Below, piece by piece: positions 31,982 to 45,259 of a stretch of DNA of 64,000 bases. Every line of letters starts with the position of its first letter. Position 1 is the stretch's first letter. The notes under the pieces were generated by a model. It saw only the letters and a program-made list of their open reading frames with translations, was not told the origin of the DNA and searched no databases. The DNA is from the human T2T-CHM13v2.0 reference genome, Homo sapiens, in NCBI RefSeq assembly GCF_009914755.1, contig NC_060947.1. One strand, written 5' to 3'. Position numbers and translations under genes: made by a program.

Positions 31982-34958
31982 CAGACTTTAAACTATAATG
32001 ATTTTTTTAAAAGCGGACATTACATAATGATAAAGGGTTTAATTCAACAAGAAGGCCTAACTATTCTAAATATATATGTACTCAACACAAGAACACCCAG
32101 ATTTATAAAGCAAGTTCTTAGAGACCTTTAAAGAGACTGAGACTCCTGCCCCCACAATAAAAGGGAGAAACTTTAACAACCCACAGATAACATTAGACAG
32201 ATCATGGAGGCAGAAAATTAACAAAGATATTTAGGAGCTGAACTCAGCACTGATCAAATGGAACTGATAGACATTTACAGAAATTTCCACCCCCAAACAA
32301 TGGAGTATACATTTTTTTTATCACCACATTGCACATTCTCTAAAATCAATCAAATAATTGGACATAAAACCCTCCTCAATGAATGCAAAATAACTGATAT
32401 CATAACTACCCTCTTGGGCCACAGCACAATCAAACTGAAAATCAAGACTAAGAAATTCATTCAAAACCATACAACTACATGGAAGTTGAGTAACTTGTTC
32501 CTGAATGACTTTTGGGTAAATAATGTAATTAAGGCAGAAATCAAGAAGTTCTTTGAAACTAATAAGAACAAAGATACAATGTACCAGAACCTCTAGGAAA
32601 CAGCTAAGTCAGTGTTAAGGGAGAAATCTGGCACGGCAAGGTGGCTCACGCCTGTAATCCCAGCACTTTGGGAGACCTAGGTGGGTGGATCTCCTGAGGT
32701 CAGGAGTTCGAGACAAGCCTGGCCAACATGGAAAAAACCCTATCTCTACTAAAAATAAAAAAAAAATAACCAGGCATGATGGTGGGCACCTGTAATCCCA
32801 GCTACTTTGAAGACTGGAGCAGGAGGAAACACTTGAACCTGGGAGGTGAAGATTACAGTGAGCCAAGATTGTGCCACTGCACTCCAGCCTGGGCAACTGA
32901 GTGAGACTCCATCAAAAAAAAAAAAAAAAAAAAAAGAGGGAAATTTGTAGCACTAAATACCCACATCAAAAACTTTTAAAGATCTCAATTTAACAACCTA
33001 ACATCACAAATAAAAGAACTAAAGAACCCAGTGAAAATCAACCCAAAAGCTATCAGACAAGCAATAACCAACATAACAGTTAAACTGAAGGAGATTCAAA
33101 AATAAATGAATCTAGGAGCTGTTGATTTAGAAAAAGAATAATAAAATAGACCACTAGCTAAACTGATAGAAAAAATCTCAGAAGAATCAAATAAACACAA
33201 TCAGAAATGATAAGGGGGATATCACCATTGACCTCACAGAAATACAAACAACCATCAGAAAATACTATAAACACCTCTATGCACATGAACTAGAAAATCT
33301 AGAATAAATTGATAAATTCCTGGACACATATACCCTCCCAAGGCAAAGCCAGGAAGAAACTGAATCTCTGAATAGACCAATAATGAGTTCTGAAATTAAG
33401 GCAGTAATAAATAGCTTACTAACCAAAAAACAACAGGACCAGATAGATTCACAGCTGAATTCTACCAGATGTACAGAGCTGGTACCATTCCTACTGAAAC
33501 TATTCCACAAAATTAAGGAGGAGGAATTCCTCCTTAACTAATTCTATGACGTCAGCAACACCCCAATACCAAAACTGACAGAGACACAACAAGAAAATAA
33601 AACTTCAGGTCAATATCTTTGATGAACATAGATACAAAAATGTTTAACAAAATACTAGCAAACCAATTCCAGCAGCACAAAAACATCTTATCCATCAGAA
33701 TCAGCTAGGCTTTATCCCTGGGGTGCAAGGTTGGTTCAACATATGCAAATCAAAAAATGTGATTCATCACATAAACAGAACTAAAGACAAAAACCACATG
33801 ATTATCTCAATAGATGCAGAAAAGACTTTCAATAAAATTCTATGTTCCTTTATGTTAAAAACTCTCAAGAAATTAGGTATTGAAGGAATATACCTTAAAA
33901 TCATAAGAGCCATCTATGACAAGCCCACAGCCAATATCATACCGAATGAGCAAAAGCTGAAAGCATTCCCCTTGGAAACTGGCAAAAGAAAAGGATGCCC
34001 TATCTCAGCACTCTTATTCAATATGTATTGGAGGTCTGGACAGAGGAATCAGGCAAGAAAATGAAATCAAGGCATTCAAATAGGAAGAGAGGAAATCAAC
34101 CTATCCCTGTTTGAAGATGATATGATCCTATATCTAGAAAACCCCAAAGTTTTCACCCAAAAGTTTTTTAATCTGGAAAACAACTTCAGCAAAGTTTCAG
34201 GACACAAAATCAACGTACAAAAGTCACTAGCATTTCTTTACACCAACAACAGTCAAGCTGAGATCCAAATCAAGAACAGAATCTTGTTTACAATTGTCAT
34301 AATAATAATAAAATACCTGAGAGTAGAGCTAACCAGAAAAGTGAAAAACATCTACAAGGAGAGCTACCAAGCACTGCTCAAAGAAATCAGACATTACACA
34401 AACAAATGGAAAAACATCCCATGCTCATGGATACAAAGAATCATTATCTTTAAAAATGGCCTTACTGCTCAAAGCAATTTATAGATTCAATGCTATTCCT
34501 ATTAAATTACCAATGACATTCTTCACAGAACTAAACATAAAATCAACCTAAAAGCTCATCAATTGTAGACCGAATAGAGAAAATGTGGTACATATACACC
34601 ATGAAATACTATGCAGCCATAAATAGAATGAGATCATGTCCTTTGCAGGAACATGAATGGAGCTGGAGATCATTATCCATAGCAAACTAACACAGGAACA
34701 GAAAACCAAATACTGCATGTTCTCACTTATAAGTGGGAGCTAAATGATGAGAACACATAAACACATAGAGGGGAACAACAGACACTGGGTCCTATCAGAA
34801 GGTGAAGGTTGGGAGCAAAAAGTGGATTAGGAAAGATATCTCATGGGTACTAGGCTTAATACCTGGGTGATGAAATAATCTGTACAACAAATCTCAATGG
34901 CATAAGTTTACCTATATAAGAAATCTGCACATTTAACCGTGAACTTAATAGTTAAAAA
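31982..34958 (+). mobile_element. 5'-truncated L1PA11-13-like element with ~1.1-kb internal deletion
   Basis: ORF2 peptides (32258..32596, 33723..34064, 34122..34484). Jump at ~34535 from ttcacagaacta to aatcaacctaaa. 3'UTR ggtactaggcttaatacctgggtgatgaaataatctgtac. Confidence 0.85.
32630..32935 (+). mobile_element. AluS
   Basis: Full dimer with A-tail 32914-32935; degenerate TSD aagggagaaatct / aagagggaaattt. Confidence 0.93.
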
Positions 34959-36143
34959 ATTAACTCCAGATGATTAAAGACTTAAATGTAAGACTTAAAA
35001 CCATAAAAACCCTAGAAGAAAACCTAGGCAGTACCATTCAGGACATAGGCATAGGCAAAGACTTCATGACTAAAACACCAAAAGCAATGGCAACAAAAGC
35101 CAAAATTGACAAATGGGATCTAATTAAACTAAACAGCTTCTGCACAGCAAAAGAAACGCTCATCAGGATGAACATGCAACCTACAAAATGAGAGAAAATT
35201 TTTGTAATCTATCCATCTGACAAAGGGCTAATATCCAAAATCTACAATGAACTTAAACTTACAAGAAAAAAACAAACAACCCCATCAAAAAGTGGGAGAA
35301 AGCTATGAACAGACACTTCTCAAAAGAAGACATTTATGCAGCCAACATACATATGAAAAAAAAAAGCTCATCATCACTGGTCATTAGAGAAATGCAAATC
35401 AAAACCACAACCACAATGAGATACCATCTCACACCAGTTAGAATGGTGATCATTAAAAAGTCAGGAAACAACAGATGCTGGAGAGGATGTGGAGAAATAG
35501 GAACACTTTTACACTATTGGTGGGAGTGTAAATTAGTTCAACCATTGTAGGAGACAGTGTGGTGATTCCTCAAGGATCTAGAACCAGAAATACCATTTGA
35601 CCCAGCAATCCCATTACTGGGTATATACCCAAAAGATTTGAAATCATTCTACTATAAAGACACATACACACGTATGTTTATTGCAGCATTATTCAAAAGA
35701 GCAAAGACTTGGAACCAACACAAATACCCATCAATGTTAGACTGGATAAAGAAAATGTGGCACATATACACCATGGAATACTATAAAGCCATAAAAAAGG
35801 ATGAATTCATGTTCTTTGCAGGGACATGGATGAAGCTGGAAACCATCATTCTCAGCAGGCTAACACAGGAACAGAAAACCAAACACCACATGTTCTCACT
35901 CATAAGTGGGAGTTGAATAATGAGAACATATGGGCACAGGGAGGCGAACATCACACACTGGGGCATGTTGGGGGTTGGGGGGCAAGGGGAGGGATAGCAT
36001 TAGGAGAAATACCTAATGTAGATGACAGGTTGATGGGTGCAGCAAACCACTATGGCATATGTATACCTATGTAACAAACCTGCATGTTCTGCACATGTAT
36101 CCCAGAACTTAAAGTATAAAAAAAAAAAAAAGGAAAAAAAAAT
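34954..36143 (+). mobile_element. 5'-truncated L1PA7-like 3' fragment
   Basis: ORF2 C-terminal peptides (34970..35916); 3'UTR ctaatgtagatgacaggttgatgggtgcagcaaaccac; A-tail. Confidence 0.9.
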
Positions 36144-36611
36144 AATTTGTTTTATTAATCTGGGTGGTGTTGGTTAAGATATATGTCAATTTAGGATTGT
36201 TATATCTTCTTGGTAAATTGATCCCTTTATCATTTGATTGTCTTCTTTGGGTTTTTTCACTGCTGTTTATTAAAAGTCTGTTTTGCCTGATATAAGTATT
36301 GCTACTCCTGCTAACTTGTTTTGGCATGGAATGTCTTTTTAAAGCACTTTACTTTTAATGTGTCAGTATATTTTTCAGTTAGTTGAACCTTTTATAAGCA
36401 GCATATGGTTCCATCCTGTTTTTTTTTCTCTCTATTCTGCTGATCCATATCTTTTAAGTGGAACATTTAATCCATTTACATTAAAAGTTAATATTGATAT
36501 ATAAGCTTTTTTTCCTTTTGTAATGTTGTTACCTAGTTGACTTGTAGCCTCAATTGTAATTGTTTATAAGAACTATAAGCTTTATGCTTCTGAGTCTTTT
36601 ATGATGGCAAA

Positions 36612-37022
36612 TAATATTGTTTGGATGTGTGTCACTTTCATGTTGAAACGTGATACCCAATTTTGGAAGCAGGGCCAAGTGGGAACTGTTTGATTCATAG
36701 TGGCGGACTTCTCATAAATGACTTAATGCTGTCCTCACAGCAGTGAATGAGTTCTCACTCTATTAGTTTACATGAAAGATGATTATTTAAAAGAGCTTAG
36801 AACCTTCTTCTCTCTCTTTGTTCTCACTCTTGCCATGTGACACACCTCCTTCCTCTTTACCTTTTCCCTGGGTAAAATCTTCCTGAGGATTCACTAGAAG
36901 CTGAGAAGATATTGGTGCCATGCTTGAATATTCCAAATCACCATGAACAAAATAAGCCTTTTTTCTTTGTAAATTACTCGGCTTCAGTTATTTCTTTATA
37001 GTGACACAAACAGACTAACATA
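36612..37022 (+). mobile_element. MaLR solo LTR (MSTB/C-like)
   Basis: taatattgtttggatgtgtgtc...ttctttatagtgacacaaacagactaacata; TSD gcaaa/gcaag. Confidence 0.8.
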
Positions 37023-37789
37023 GCAAGTGTTGACATTTTGTTTTAGCGTTTAGAGCTCCCTTCAGCATTTCTTATAGATCTGGTCTAGTGGTGACAAATT
37101 CTCAGAATTTCTTTTTGTCTGGAAAACACCGTTTCTTTTTCATTTACAAAGCTTAGTTTAGCAGGATACAAAATATGTGGTTGCCAGTGTTTTTTTTAAG
37201 AAGTATGAAAATAGAACCCAAATCTCTTCTGGTTTGTAAGGTTTCTACTGCAAAGTTTGCTGTTAGTCTGATTGAATTTCCTTTATAGGTGATTAGATGC
37301 TTCTCCTTTGGTAAATTTAGTATTTTTTCCTGCATGTTAACTTTAGATAGTCTGACGACTATATGTTTTGGTGAAGTCTGTCTTGCAATGTATCCTCTTT
37401 GAGTTCTCTGTACCGCTTGTATCTGGATGTCTAAATAACTAGCAAGATGAGAATGTTTGCCTCAATTACTTCCTCAAATAGGTTTTCTAAACACTTTGCT
37501 TCTTACTCAGGAATTTCTATGACTTGTAGATTTGAATGTTTTACATAATTCCCACACCTCTTGAAGGTTTTATTTACAATTTTATTATTCTTTTTTTTTC
37601 TTTTTTGTCTGATTGGGTTATTTTGAAAAACCCATCTTCAAGCCTTAAGATTCTTTCTTCTTGACCTAGTGTATTTTAAAGTTTTCAATCAGATTATGTA
37701 ATTCCTAGTTAAATTTTTTTTATGTCCAGAAATTGTGGTTGTTTGTCTTTTAATATCTAGCTCTTTGGTAAATTTTTCCTTTGTATCTG

Positions 37790-38895
37790 TATTGCAGGAA
37801 GTCAGGGACCCCGAATGGAGGGACCGGCTAGAGCCACAGCAGAGGAACATAAATTGTGAAGATTTCATGGACATTTATCAGTTCCCAAAATTAATACTTT
37901 TATAATTTCTTATGCCTGCCTTTACTGCAATCTCTGAACATAAATTGTGAAGATTTCATGGACATTTATCAGTTCCCAAATAATACTCTTATAATTTCTT
38001 ATGCCTGTCTTTACTTTAATCTCTTAATCCTGTTATCTTTGTAACCTGAGAATGTATGTCACCTCAGGACCACTATTGTACAAATTGATTGTAAAACATG
38101 TGTGTTTGAACAATATGAAATCAGTGCACCTTGAAAAAGAACAGAATTACAGCAATTTTCAGGGAACAAGGGAAGACAACCATAAGGTCTGACTGCCTGC
38201 GGGGTCGGGCAGAATACAGTCATATTTTTCTTCTTGCAGAGAGCCTATAAATGGACATGGGAGTAGGAGATATATCACTCAATTCTTTTTCCAGCAAGGA
38301 ATATTAATAATTAATACCCTGGGGAAGGAATGCATTCCTGGGGGGAGGTCTATAAATGGCTGCTCTGGGAGTGTCTGTCTTATGCAGTTGAGATAAGGAC
38401 TGAAATATGCCCTGGTCTCCTGCAGTAACCTCAGGCTCACTAGGGTGGGGAAAATCCCCACCCTGGTGAATTTGAGGTCAGACCAGTTCTCTGCTCTCGA
38501 GCTCTGTCTTCTGTTGTTTAAGATGTTTATCAAGACAATAATGTGCACAGCTGAACATAGACCCTCATCAGTAATTCTAATTTTGCCCTTTGCCTTGTGA
38601 TCTTTGCTTTCCCCTTTGCCTTGTGATCTTTTTGCCCTTTGAAGCATGTGATCTTTGTGACCTACTCCCTGTTCTTGAACCCCCTCCCCATTTGAAATCC
38701 TCAATAAAAACCTGGTGGTTTTGCAGCTCGGGTGGGCATCACAGGCCTACCGATATGTGATGTCACCCCCAGCGGCCCAGCTGTAAAATTCCTCTTTTTG
38801 TACTCTTACTCTTTATTTCTCAGACTGGCCAACACTTCACTTAGGGAAAATAAAAAGAACTTATGTTGAAATATTGGAGATGGGTTCCCCCGATA
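37790..38895 (+). mobile_element. MER11 solo LTR (HERV-K11/HML-8)
   Basis: tattgcaggaagtcagggaccccgaatggaggga...gggttcccccgata. Perfect 6-bp TSD tatctg at 37784-37789 and 38896-38901. tataaa at 38351 and aataaa at 38703. Confidence 0.95.
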
Positions 38896-40978
38896 TATCT
38901 GAATTTTTTTTTTTTTTATTTTATTTTGTTGGTTTCCAACTGTTTTTGGATCTGCTGGAATTTCTTTAAAATCAGTATTTTGAATTATTTATCTGTTATT
39001 TCAAAGTTTCATTTTGTTTAGTATCCATTCATATAAAGGTCTGATTCTTTGAGGGTGTTGCAACACTTTATTTTTTGTATACTTCCAGAATGTTTCTCTG
39101 ATTAATTTTCTTCTGGATAAAATATCTCTTATTATTATGTTTGAATTTATTTGCATTTGAACATGATTTGTTTTTCTCCTTGAGGATGCGGCTACTATAT
39201 ATGTGTGTAGGGTAGTTTGGCTTCAGGGTTATTTCAGAAGGAAAGACTCTGGATGAGGTTCTTGGTTATAGATAGCCTTTGTGTGTTAGCTTCTTCAAAT
39301 TCTGGTTTTAGTAGAATTGTGTTGGGTTTGTGAACATGCTCACTGCCTCCTGCATAGCCAAATTGTTGAAGGTCTCAGGAAGATCATCTCATTCCCCATC
39401 GCTGTGCATTTGTGTCAACAGATTTTGTATTGGGTTGTGCAGTTCAATCTCCAGGCAAGTAGGTGGTGTTTATGGGTAAGAGCCAGCTGCAACAGACACA
39501 GAAGGTTATATGCTTGATTATTGTTTATTGAGAGAAGCTCTATGTAGCCTCAGGCAATGGGACAGTCTGTGGAATGCACAGTGGCCAAAGCTTCCTACTC
39601 AGGCCCTCTAGGGGGGCAAAGGTGGGTGGACCTTTTCTGTCATGCCCACTCTTGGATACACCAATGGTGGGCACAAGTACCAGCCCTGATGTGAGCACCA
39701 AGGACAGTGCCTGGTGTAATGCACCAAGGCCACCACACAGAGAGGGAGGTGACTATTCTAGATCCATGGCCTTGGCAGGTGTGAATGTGATCTGCTTCCT
39801 TGTCACAACCATGTCCCAGTGCTTGAGACACTCAGAATGGGCATACACCACCGTCTATCTCCAGGCTGCAATGTTGCCAAAAGCCATGAAAGACACCTGA
39901 CCCTTGACTCATTGTTGGGACATATTTTGTATAGGACCTTCTTCCTTAGCCCAAAACACACAGCTTTGTGGGTCTCCTGCTCCCCACTGTGAGAAAGAAT
40001 GCTGCTGCTCCATGCAGAGAGGGGCAGGTGCCCCACCTTTTGTGCAAGCCAATGCTCAGTGGGAATACTATCAGTGGGGGTGCAGTCACTCCAATAGCCC
40101 TAGAATGGCCATATTCTGGCATGCCCATGCCACTTTCCTCTGGGTAGCAAACATGGCCGTGTCTGCCACAGTGAGCAAGGTGGAGAAGCCTTCCTCTCCA
40201 CACCTTAGCCCAAGCACTGAGGTCACTGGGTCACTGAGATGGAACCACACTCCTTTCTTGTAGAGCTAAGCACAGTGCCCACGTCCCCACTGGAAGTGGT
40301 GCAGTCACTCTCAGCCCAGAAGGGGGAAGAATTTGAGCACAGGAAAATGGCTTCTCTGCTTTCTTTTGTCCCAGTGGGTGCTTCCTTGGTGCACTGCTTT
40401 CTCCCTTTGCTTAGGAGCAACAGTCCCTGTCATCTAAAACCCTGCAGCTCCTCTGGGTCCAGTCACTCTCATGTGGCTGCCACAATCTGAGTGAGTGCTG
40501 GGTAATATCTGCAAGGGCTCTGGCAATGTGTACACAAAAGAGTTGAGAGAACTGAGGCTTCCTGGTTCTGACATAGTTCCTCAATGGCTGCACCCCCCGT
40601 ATGGCACCCTGCCACTGCAGCTTGGAACCTGGGATAGGATGAGAAACCTGGTGCAAGTGGGTAGTCTGGTGTAATGCCTTCCAGAAATTCCCAAACCACT
40701 GTCCACACCAGTGATTGAATTCATGAAATCAGAGGAGCCCTCTGTCAGTTTGGATACCTGCAGCCTGCCACAGGTTTGAGAAGAGTCAAAAACATCTCCA
40801 CCTATACTTTCAATGAAATACCGAGTCTCTTATGGTTTCTAGCTGATCTCTGCCAGTCTCTTCCTTCTTTGTTTTTCTGTGCCTTAGCTTCTTCCCATGA
40901 GTTCTCCACTAGGATCCAGCACTCTTCCCTTCATATTCTATTTGAGTTATCATTATTCACCTGTAATTTTGTTCCTTC

Positions 40979-42524
40979 TGTGTCCGGAATTGGTGGGTTC
41001 TTGGTCTCACTGACTTCAAGAATGAAGCCGCAGACGCTCACGGTGACTGTTACAGCTCTTAAGGTGGCGCGTCTGGAGTCTGTCCCTTCTGATGTTCAGA
41101 TGTGTTCGGAGTTTCTTCTTTCTGGTGGGTTCGTGGTCTCACTGGCTCAGGAGTGAAGCTGCAGACCTTCCCAGTGAGTGTTGCAGCTCTTAAGGCAGTG
41201 CCTCTGGAGTTGTTCATTCCTCCCGGTGGGCTCGTGGTCTCGCTGGACTCAGGAGTGAAGCTGCAGATCTTCGCAGTGAGTGTTACAGCTCATAAAAGCA
41301 GCGTGGACCCAAAGAGTGAGCAGTAGCAAGATTTATTGCAAAGAGCAAAAGAACAAAGCTTCTACAGTGTGGAAGGGGACGCGAGCGTGTTGCCAATGCT
41401 GGCTCGGGCAGCCTGCTTTTATTCTCTTATCTGGTCCCACCTACATCCTGCTGATTGGTAGAGCCCAGTGGCCTGTTTTGTCAGGGCACTGATTGGTGCG
41501 TTTACAATCCCTGAGCTAGATACAAAGGTTCTCCATGTCTCCATCAGATTACTTAGCTACAGAGTTTCCACACACAGATTCTCCAAGGCCCCACCAGAGC
41601 AGTTAGATACAGAGTGTCGATTGGTGCATTCACAAACCTTGAGCTAAACACAGGGTGCTGATTGGTGTGTTTACAAACCTTGAGCTAGATACAGAGTGCT
41701 GATTGGTGTATTTATAATCCTTGAGCTAGACATAAAGACTCTCCATGTCCTCACCAGAGCAGCTAGATACAGTGTCGATTGGTGCACTCACAAACCTTGA
41801 GCTAAACACAGGGTGCTGATTGGTGTATTTACAATCCCTGAGCTAGATATAAAGACTCTCCAGGTCCCCACTAGACTCAGGAGCCCAGCTGGTTTCACCT
41901 AGTGGATCCCACACTGGGGCTGCAGGTGGAGATGCCTGCCACTCCTGCGCCATGCACTCGCATTCCTCAGCCCTTGGGTGGTCGATGGGACTGGGTGCCG
42001 TGGAGCAGGGGGTGGCGCTCGTCGGGGAGGCTCAGGCCGCACAGGAGCCCATGGAGTGGGTGGGAGGCTCAGGCATGGTGGGCTGCAGGTCCCGAGCCCT
42101 GCCTCGCGGGAAGGCAGCTAAGGCCCGGCGAGAAATCGAGCGCAGCACTGGTGGGCCAGCACTGCTGGGGGACTCAGTACACCCTCCACAGCCACTGGCC
42201 CAGGTGCTAAGTCCTCCATTGCCCGGGGCCAGCAGGGCTGGCTGGCTGCTCTGAGTGCGGGGCCCACCAAGCCCACGCCCACCCGGAACTCCAGCTGGCC
42301 CGCAAGCACCGCATGCAGCCCCGGTTCCCACTTGTGCCTCTCCCTCCACACCTCCCTGCAAGCTGAGGGAGTGGGCTCTGGCCTTGGCCAGCCCAGAAAG
42401 GGGCTCTCACAGTGCAGTGGGGGGCTGAAGGGCTCCTCAAATGCCACAAAGTGGGAGCCCAGGCAGGGGAGGTGCCGAGAGCAAGCGAGAGCTCTGAGGA
42501 CTGCCAGCACGCTGTCACCTCTCA
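40979..42524 (-). mobile_element. LTR12C-like solo LTR (ERV9)
   Basis: tgtgtccggaattggtggg...ccagcacgctgtcacctctca; 4-bp TSD cttc/tttc; U3 tandem repeats. Confidence 0.96.
41410..41860 (-). promoter_or_regulatory. LTR12 U3 enhancer/promoter repeats with CCAAT (NF-Y) and GATA motifs
   Basis: Seven gattggt copies between ~41453 and 41825, several agata motifs, and an AATAAA TATA-like box (ttttatt ~41417) on the minus strand. Confidence 0.8.
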
Positions 42525-43514
42525 TTTCTTTCTGAGGATAACTGGCATCAAACATCCCCAGACAGCCATCTTGAAAATAAAAACGTTCTTCAATGTATTT
42601 TTTGCCTTTTTGCCAATTTTTGTACTGAAATGTTAGGCCCCTTTTTGCTTACTGATTTATACATATTCCTTGTGGTTCAAGATACTAACTTCCCATCAAA
42701 ATGTTGGAAATTTTTTCCTCCATTTTGCAGTTTGATTTCCATTTTACTTGTGTTGTTTGGTATATCATCAAAGTTTATTATATTTTTAATATATTCAAAC
42801 CTATAACTTTTTACTAACATATTTTGCTTTCATGTCATACTTTTAAAGGTTGCTAATCCTAGCATTGCAAGAGCTGTTACTTCTCTAATTATATTTTAAT
42901 AGCTCAATCTTGTATATATTTGGCATTTACTTTTGGTGTTAGAAATGGATTAAGATTATATTTTATTTTTTCTCAGGACTATATAATTACTACCAAATTA
43001 TTGTCTTTTCTCATGTCAATATTCTTAGTATTTTATTCTGTTCTGTTATGCAATCTATCTGCTCTTGTACTTCCGTTGATTATTTTGGATTTGATAGGGA
43101 TAAAATTTGACCACTTTAATTTTATTGATTGTCTTTTGAGGGTCTATTGAAATAATGATTACAACACTGGACTTTTATTGTGCTTGAGCCAAAACAGATA
43201 AGCAACTATCCGTTTAATTTACTACTTTGCTTTAAAAATCGCTCTTAAATTTGCCACATCAGCCATTTCCCATGCATTTTTTTTTTAACATTCTGGTTTG
43301 ATTTTGCTAATTATTTTCTTCTGTTTTCCATTGTTTGATACATTTTCATTTTATTTTATTAAAGATTAGAAAAGTATTGGTTTATAATTTCTACTACCTC
43401 TTTTTCAACTCTCCAGTCCTGTCTGCACCTCCATATTTTTCTTTATACTTACTAAGATTTCTGTTTCTGAATATTATGACTTTATTAGGACTATTTTTAG
43501 ACTGTTCAATTTAA

Positions 43515-43780
43515 AAAAATAATATGCATTGAGGTGCAATTTTACTACAATAAAATGCACCCACTTTAAATATATGCACTGTGTAATCACCATATACACT
43601 TTAAATATATGCACTGTGTAATCACCAGATAAAATTTGTATCACCCCAAAATATTCACTTAGGTTTATACGCATCCTTTATGTAAACCCTGAACTGGTTT
43701 TTGTCTCTATAGTTAAGTTATGCCTTCACTAGAGTTTCATAAAAATGTAATCATACAGTATCTACACTTTTGTATCTCCT
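43515..43780 (-). mobile_element. L1ME-like 3' end fragment
   Basis: ttgaggtgcaattttactacaataaaatgcaccc...aaaatgtaatcatacagtat. Confidence 0.6.
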
Positions 43781-45259
43781 GTTTTAAATAGCTTTGCTTA
43801 AATATCATATTAGAATTTCTCAATAATATAATTTTTATTTATCTTTATTTTTTTCACAGTTTTTCTATGTTGGCCCCTCCTCTTCCTTTGTTTTTACCCT
43901 CTTTTGGGGGCAGTAGAGTGAAAGTGAAATAGTCCCTCTTTTTCTTTAAGCCTGATGATAGAATATAGAACCCAAAAGACAATAAAACTACAATAATCAA
44001 AAAGATAATTTGGTGCAAAAATAATAGTTTCTTCAGAATGCTATAAAAATTCAAGTGCTAAATTGGAGATAAAAGTGTGTGTGAGACTTGACCCTTGCTT
44101 TAAGTAAGTTTTCATTCCTGAAATACAGATAAGACATGTTCTTAAACAACCAAAAAAGCAGGCATTATGTGGTTAAAACTGTAAAATTCTAATAAAATAT
44201 TACAGGGTTTCAAAAAAACGAAGTGCTAGCAAGAGAAGGTTTAGAAAATATTTAATGAGAGGTATATCATGCTCATATTTAATAATTCACACATTTGATA
44301 TTTCCTTTCAGAGATACATAACAATCTCTTCATCTTACTCACTTCCAATATATGCTGAGAGGTAGATAAAGGGATGAAACTTTGATTTGCATCACATCAT
44401 TTATATCTAAGCTCTCAAAAAATAATTTTATTTCAGGTGTTTATTCACTAAGTTTCATTCACTATTTGTATTTACTCCAGAGGAGGAAAACACAAATAAA
44501 CATAAATTTTCTTCCATTCTACCCATCAAATCTATCATTTATGTATGTATTATTTAGCATTAATTTTACAAATGATATACAATTCAATTCAATTGGAGAG
44601 ATCTGGTACAGAATGCTTATAGATGATCTAGATGTGTGATAATATAAAATAAATGAAATTCAGAATACCTGATACAATTAATTTTGAAGTTTTCAGTCAA
44701 CAGCGTTTTAGGTAAGAAATATTTCTTAATCATTAATATTTGGTAGTTATTCCAGTATTTGATATATAAATGTGTTCTTAATTAGCATTTTAGCCTTATA
44801 CAAAAATTATTCATTTATTTTAAAATACTATAAATTGAATTATATTTCTTTTTAAAAATTTTGTATACATTGAAGATGACAAAACATTTATTCTAGAATA
44901 TCTTGGCCAGAACTCATGAGTACCTTGGCTCTATAAGGATGATACATGTGTCTTAAAATGGAAGATCAAATATTAGTGTCAAGCAGCAATGTCAATAGTA
45001 ACTCTTACTTACTAAATGCTGCAACACATGTTAAGAAGAAAGTGGTATAAATTAGGAAATGTCATTTATTGTAAGTAAAAATATATTTATTTATAAATAA
45101 ATTTCAATTACAAGCCTTCAAAAATGGGTTGTCACCCATTAGCACTCCAATTGTAAATTATAGGTTAAGTTATAACTTTTTGTTCTGTTCATCATAAAAT
45201 GAAACAAATATGGCTTATATTCACATTTCTCCTTATGTTTCCAGAAAGCATAGTATAAT

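Noticed and set aside
39317-40780. GC-richer block with many 60-120 aa ORFs
   Set aside because: Its position between ORF1 remnants and the YY1 motif identifies it as old L1 5'UTR; no recognisable protein. The same applies to 61300-62250.
41450-41860. Repeat-spacer-like array in the LTR
   Set aside because: These are the known LTR12 U3 enhancer repeats; the intervening sequences are themselves repeated.
41902-42636. Cluster of overlapping GC-rich ORFs resembling a CpG-island gene start
   Set aside because: It lies almost wholly in LTR12C; the ORFs reflect low stop-codon density.
44430-44720. Possible exon (tttcag acceptor ~44436, aggtaaga donor ~44710)
   Set aside because: Such motifs are common by chance; there is no convincing reading frame or partner exons, and it cannot be supported without transcript data.
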